NCBI GenBank assembly: GCA_029856365.1
Contig: JAHQWW010000075.1
Span: 1 to 18,836, forward strand
Direction: 5' to 3'
DNA: 18,836 bases
Origin: Candidatus Hodarchaeota archaeon
GTDB taxonomy: Archaea > Asgardarchaeota > Heimdallarchaeia > Hodarchaeales > Hodarchaeaceae
The position numbers were made by a program, and so were the translations under genes. The notes under the pieces were generated by a model. That model saw only the letters and a list, made by a program, of their open reading frames with translations, was not told the DNA's origin and ran no database searches. Every line of letters starts with the position of its first letter. Position 1 is the stretch's first letter. Shown here piece after piece: positions 17,337-18,836 of this stretch.

Positions 17337-18116
17337 TTGGAATCTAGTCAAGTAATTCGTACTGGTGTTCTATCGTTAGATATATTCCTTGGAGGGGAAG
17401 AGAATCCTGGAATTCCGAATAAGAGCGTCATTCTTGTACTAGGTGAACCAGGGACTAAATTTGAGCTTTTCACACAACAAGTGCTATTTCGGATGTTAAA
17501 AACCAAAGCTACTGAAAAAGTCGTTTATTTGTCTTACGATGGGCGGCCTAAAGAAATAGTGGAAGAAATGTCGATCTATAATTTCCATCTTCAGCCATTT
17601 ATTGAAGCTGGAGAAAAATGGAAGTTTATGGATGCTTTTACTGCTAGAATAGCAGCTGAAGGAGCTGTTATTGGGTTACAATCGGTTCCTGGAGTAGATT
17701 TAGGAGATGAATACGCACAAGATTCATTACGATACTTTACTAGACTGTTTATTCCAGAAATAATTCAATATGATAAAGTTTGTACATGTATTCATTCAAT
17801 TTCATCATTAATTCGTAATAATTCTATTGAAAGTGTAAGCATCGCAATGGAAGCTCTTAAGCATGTTGTAAGAGAGCGTGGATCGGGGATCCACTTTATA
17901 TTAATGGTTAAAAACTTACATGGTCCTGCTGTTGAAGTACTCGCATCACATCTAGCTGATTTTGTTTTTGACATTTCCTTCGGTCGTGTTGGTGGGGGAA
18001 AGATAGCAATCAACTTTTCAGTTCAAAAATCTTGGAAAAGCACCCTTCTACCAATTTCAGTTCCAGTAACGATCGATAGACGAGGGATTCGTCTAGAAAC
18101 AACGGTACGAGTATAA
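17337..18116 (+). CDS. KaiC/RAD55-like RecA-superfamily protein with degenerate Walker motifs
   Basis: Has IRTGVLSLDIFLGG...GIP...VILVLGEPGT, VVYLSYD, FMDAF, SHLADFVFDI and C-terminal VTIDRRGIRLET, matching the single-domain KaiC-like layout. Confidence 0.88.
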   Translation: MESSQVIRTGVLSLDIFLGGEENPGIPNKSVILVLGEPGTKFELFTQQVLFRMLKTKATEKVVYLSYDGRPKEIVEEMSIYNFHLQPFIEAGEKWKFMDAFTARIAAEGAVIGLQSVPGVDLGDEYAQDSLRYFTRLFIPEIIQYDKVCTCIHSISSLIRNNSIESVSIAMEALKHVVRERGSGIHFILMVKNLHGPAVEVLASHLADFVFDISFGRVGGGKIAINFSVQKSWKSTLLPISVPVTIDRRGIRLETTVRV

Positions 18117-18165
18117 AATGTGGAGAATAGCTGAAAGAATCTGATTTTTTCTTAATTATCAGGTT

Positions 18166-18834
18166 TTATACAAACCTAAAATCACGAACAATGGTTGATC
18201 GGTAACTATAGATCATATTTTTGAAATCAAATCTCACAGGATTTATTTTTTTAAGACTCACATGAATAAAATTTTTTTCAATTTGAAGTAAAGCAAAATA
18301 ATAACAGGTAAGCGGTCCAGGATTTACATAAATTATTTTATTTTTTCTTTTTATAAGAGGTAATTCATGATAATGTCCAAATATCACTATTTTGGGTTTC
18401 ATATGGTCTATAAATTTTGAAATTGAAGCTGATCCTCCTGTTATTTCACCAATAGTTGTATTATAACGAAACGCTGGTGGTTCATGGCTAATTAGAATAT
18501 CAAAAGAAGTAGAGTTAGAAGTTTTACTTAACTTGTATAAAGGTTTTAGACGAGTTGAAAAATCGTGTGGAAGGAATTCCATATCACATAATGGTTGTTT
18601 ATATCTATCTGGTGAAAATAAGGATCCACCAAAACCCAAAATTCTTAGCGATCCGATATGAATTGCTTTTGTGTTTAAAAAAAATAATTTTGATGATGAC
18701 CAAGTTCTAAGGAATTGCTGAACCTCATAACAGTCAACGTTACCAGGAACATAAATGATAGGTATTTCTAGAGATCCTAATAGGGATAGAACAGTCTTAA
18801 CAGATTTTATCTGATTTTGAACAAATTTTTGTCT
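18166..18834 (-). CDS. Calcineurin-like metallophosphoesterase (Icc-like), 5' partial
   Basis: The frame stays open upstream of 18639 to the window edge (RQKFVQNQIKSVKTVLSLLGSLEIPIIYVPGNVDCY...LRILGFGGS). Motifs are PGNVD, LISHEPP, FGHYHE and VNPG. Confidence 0.9.
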   Translation of the reverse strand, partial: RQKFVQNQIKSVKTVLSLLGSLEIPIIYVPGNVDCYEVQQFLRTWSSSKLFFLNTKAIHIGSLRILGFGGSLFSPDRYKQPLCDMEFLPHDFSTRLKPLYKLSKTSNSTSFDILISHEPPAFRYNTTIGEITGGSASISKFIDHMKPKIVIFGHYHELPLIKRKNKIIYVNPGPLTCYYFALLQIEKNFIHVSLKKINPVRFDFKNMIYSYRSTIVRDFRFV

Positions 18835-18836
18835 TC

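Noticed and set aside
195-18013. Short overlapping ORFs in the track (195..389, 1294..1494, 2219..2410, 3072..3326, 3399..3653, 3842..4114, 5082..5339, 5967..6167, 6093..6317, 8140..8433, 8456..8689, 9309..9635, 9899..10099, 11359..11607, 12805..13005, 13295..13507, 14719..14907, 14962..15258, 17792..18013)
   Set aside because: Antisense or alternate-frame shadows of well-supported genes with no recognisable motifs.
18640-18836. Apparent non-coding end of the window
   Set aside because: It is the in-frame upstream continuation of the metallophosphoesterase gene (contains PGNVD).
1-18836. CRISPR arrays, tRNA/rRNA genes, IS elements
   Set aside because: No regularly spaced repeats, cloverleaf or GC-rich structured segments, transposase ORFs or terminal inverted repeats were seen by eye. 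Covariance-model scans were not run.

Overview
AT-rich prokaryotic chromosomal segment that looks archaeal, plausibly Asgard/Heimdallarchaeia-like. This is an inference from gene content (TrmB-type protein, Hef-like helicase, AN1 Zn-finger/S2P pair, KaiC-like protein) and from TATA-like and GGTGA-type signals. It carries 15 credible CDSs, two cut by the window edges: glycyl-radical enzyme C-terminus, GNAT, DinB, (alpha/alpha)-toroid protein, AlkZ/YcaQ-like protein, PfkB kinase, ICMT/PEMT-type membrane protein (preceded by a truncated duplicate of its own 5' end), a 1533-aa giant, an SF2 helicase-like protein, a HAD/AN1 Zn-finger/S2P operon, a membrane-anchored FAD oxidoreductase, an alpha/beta-hydrolase, a KaiC-like protein and a metallophosphoesterase. 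The standout is the 1533-aa protein: a TrmB-like wHTH and a TrmB/PLD-like C-terminal domain separated by about 1,320 aa of helical rod, with a Gly-rich break almost exactly at the rod midpoint that suggests a fold-back hairpin. It sits head-to-head with a Hef-like helicase whose motifs II and VI are altered. The nearby hydrolase and KaiC-like protein also appear to have lost catalytic residues. No rRNA, tRNA, CRISPR array or transposase was recognised by eye. All family calls come from motif recognition, not database searches.
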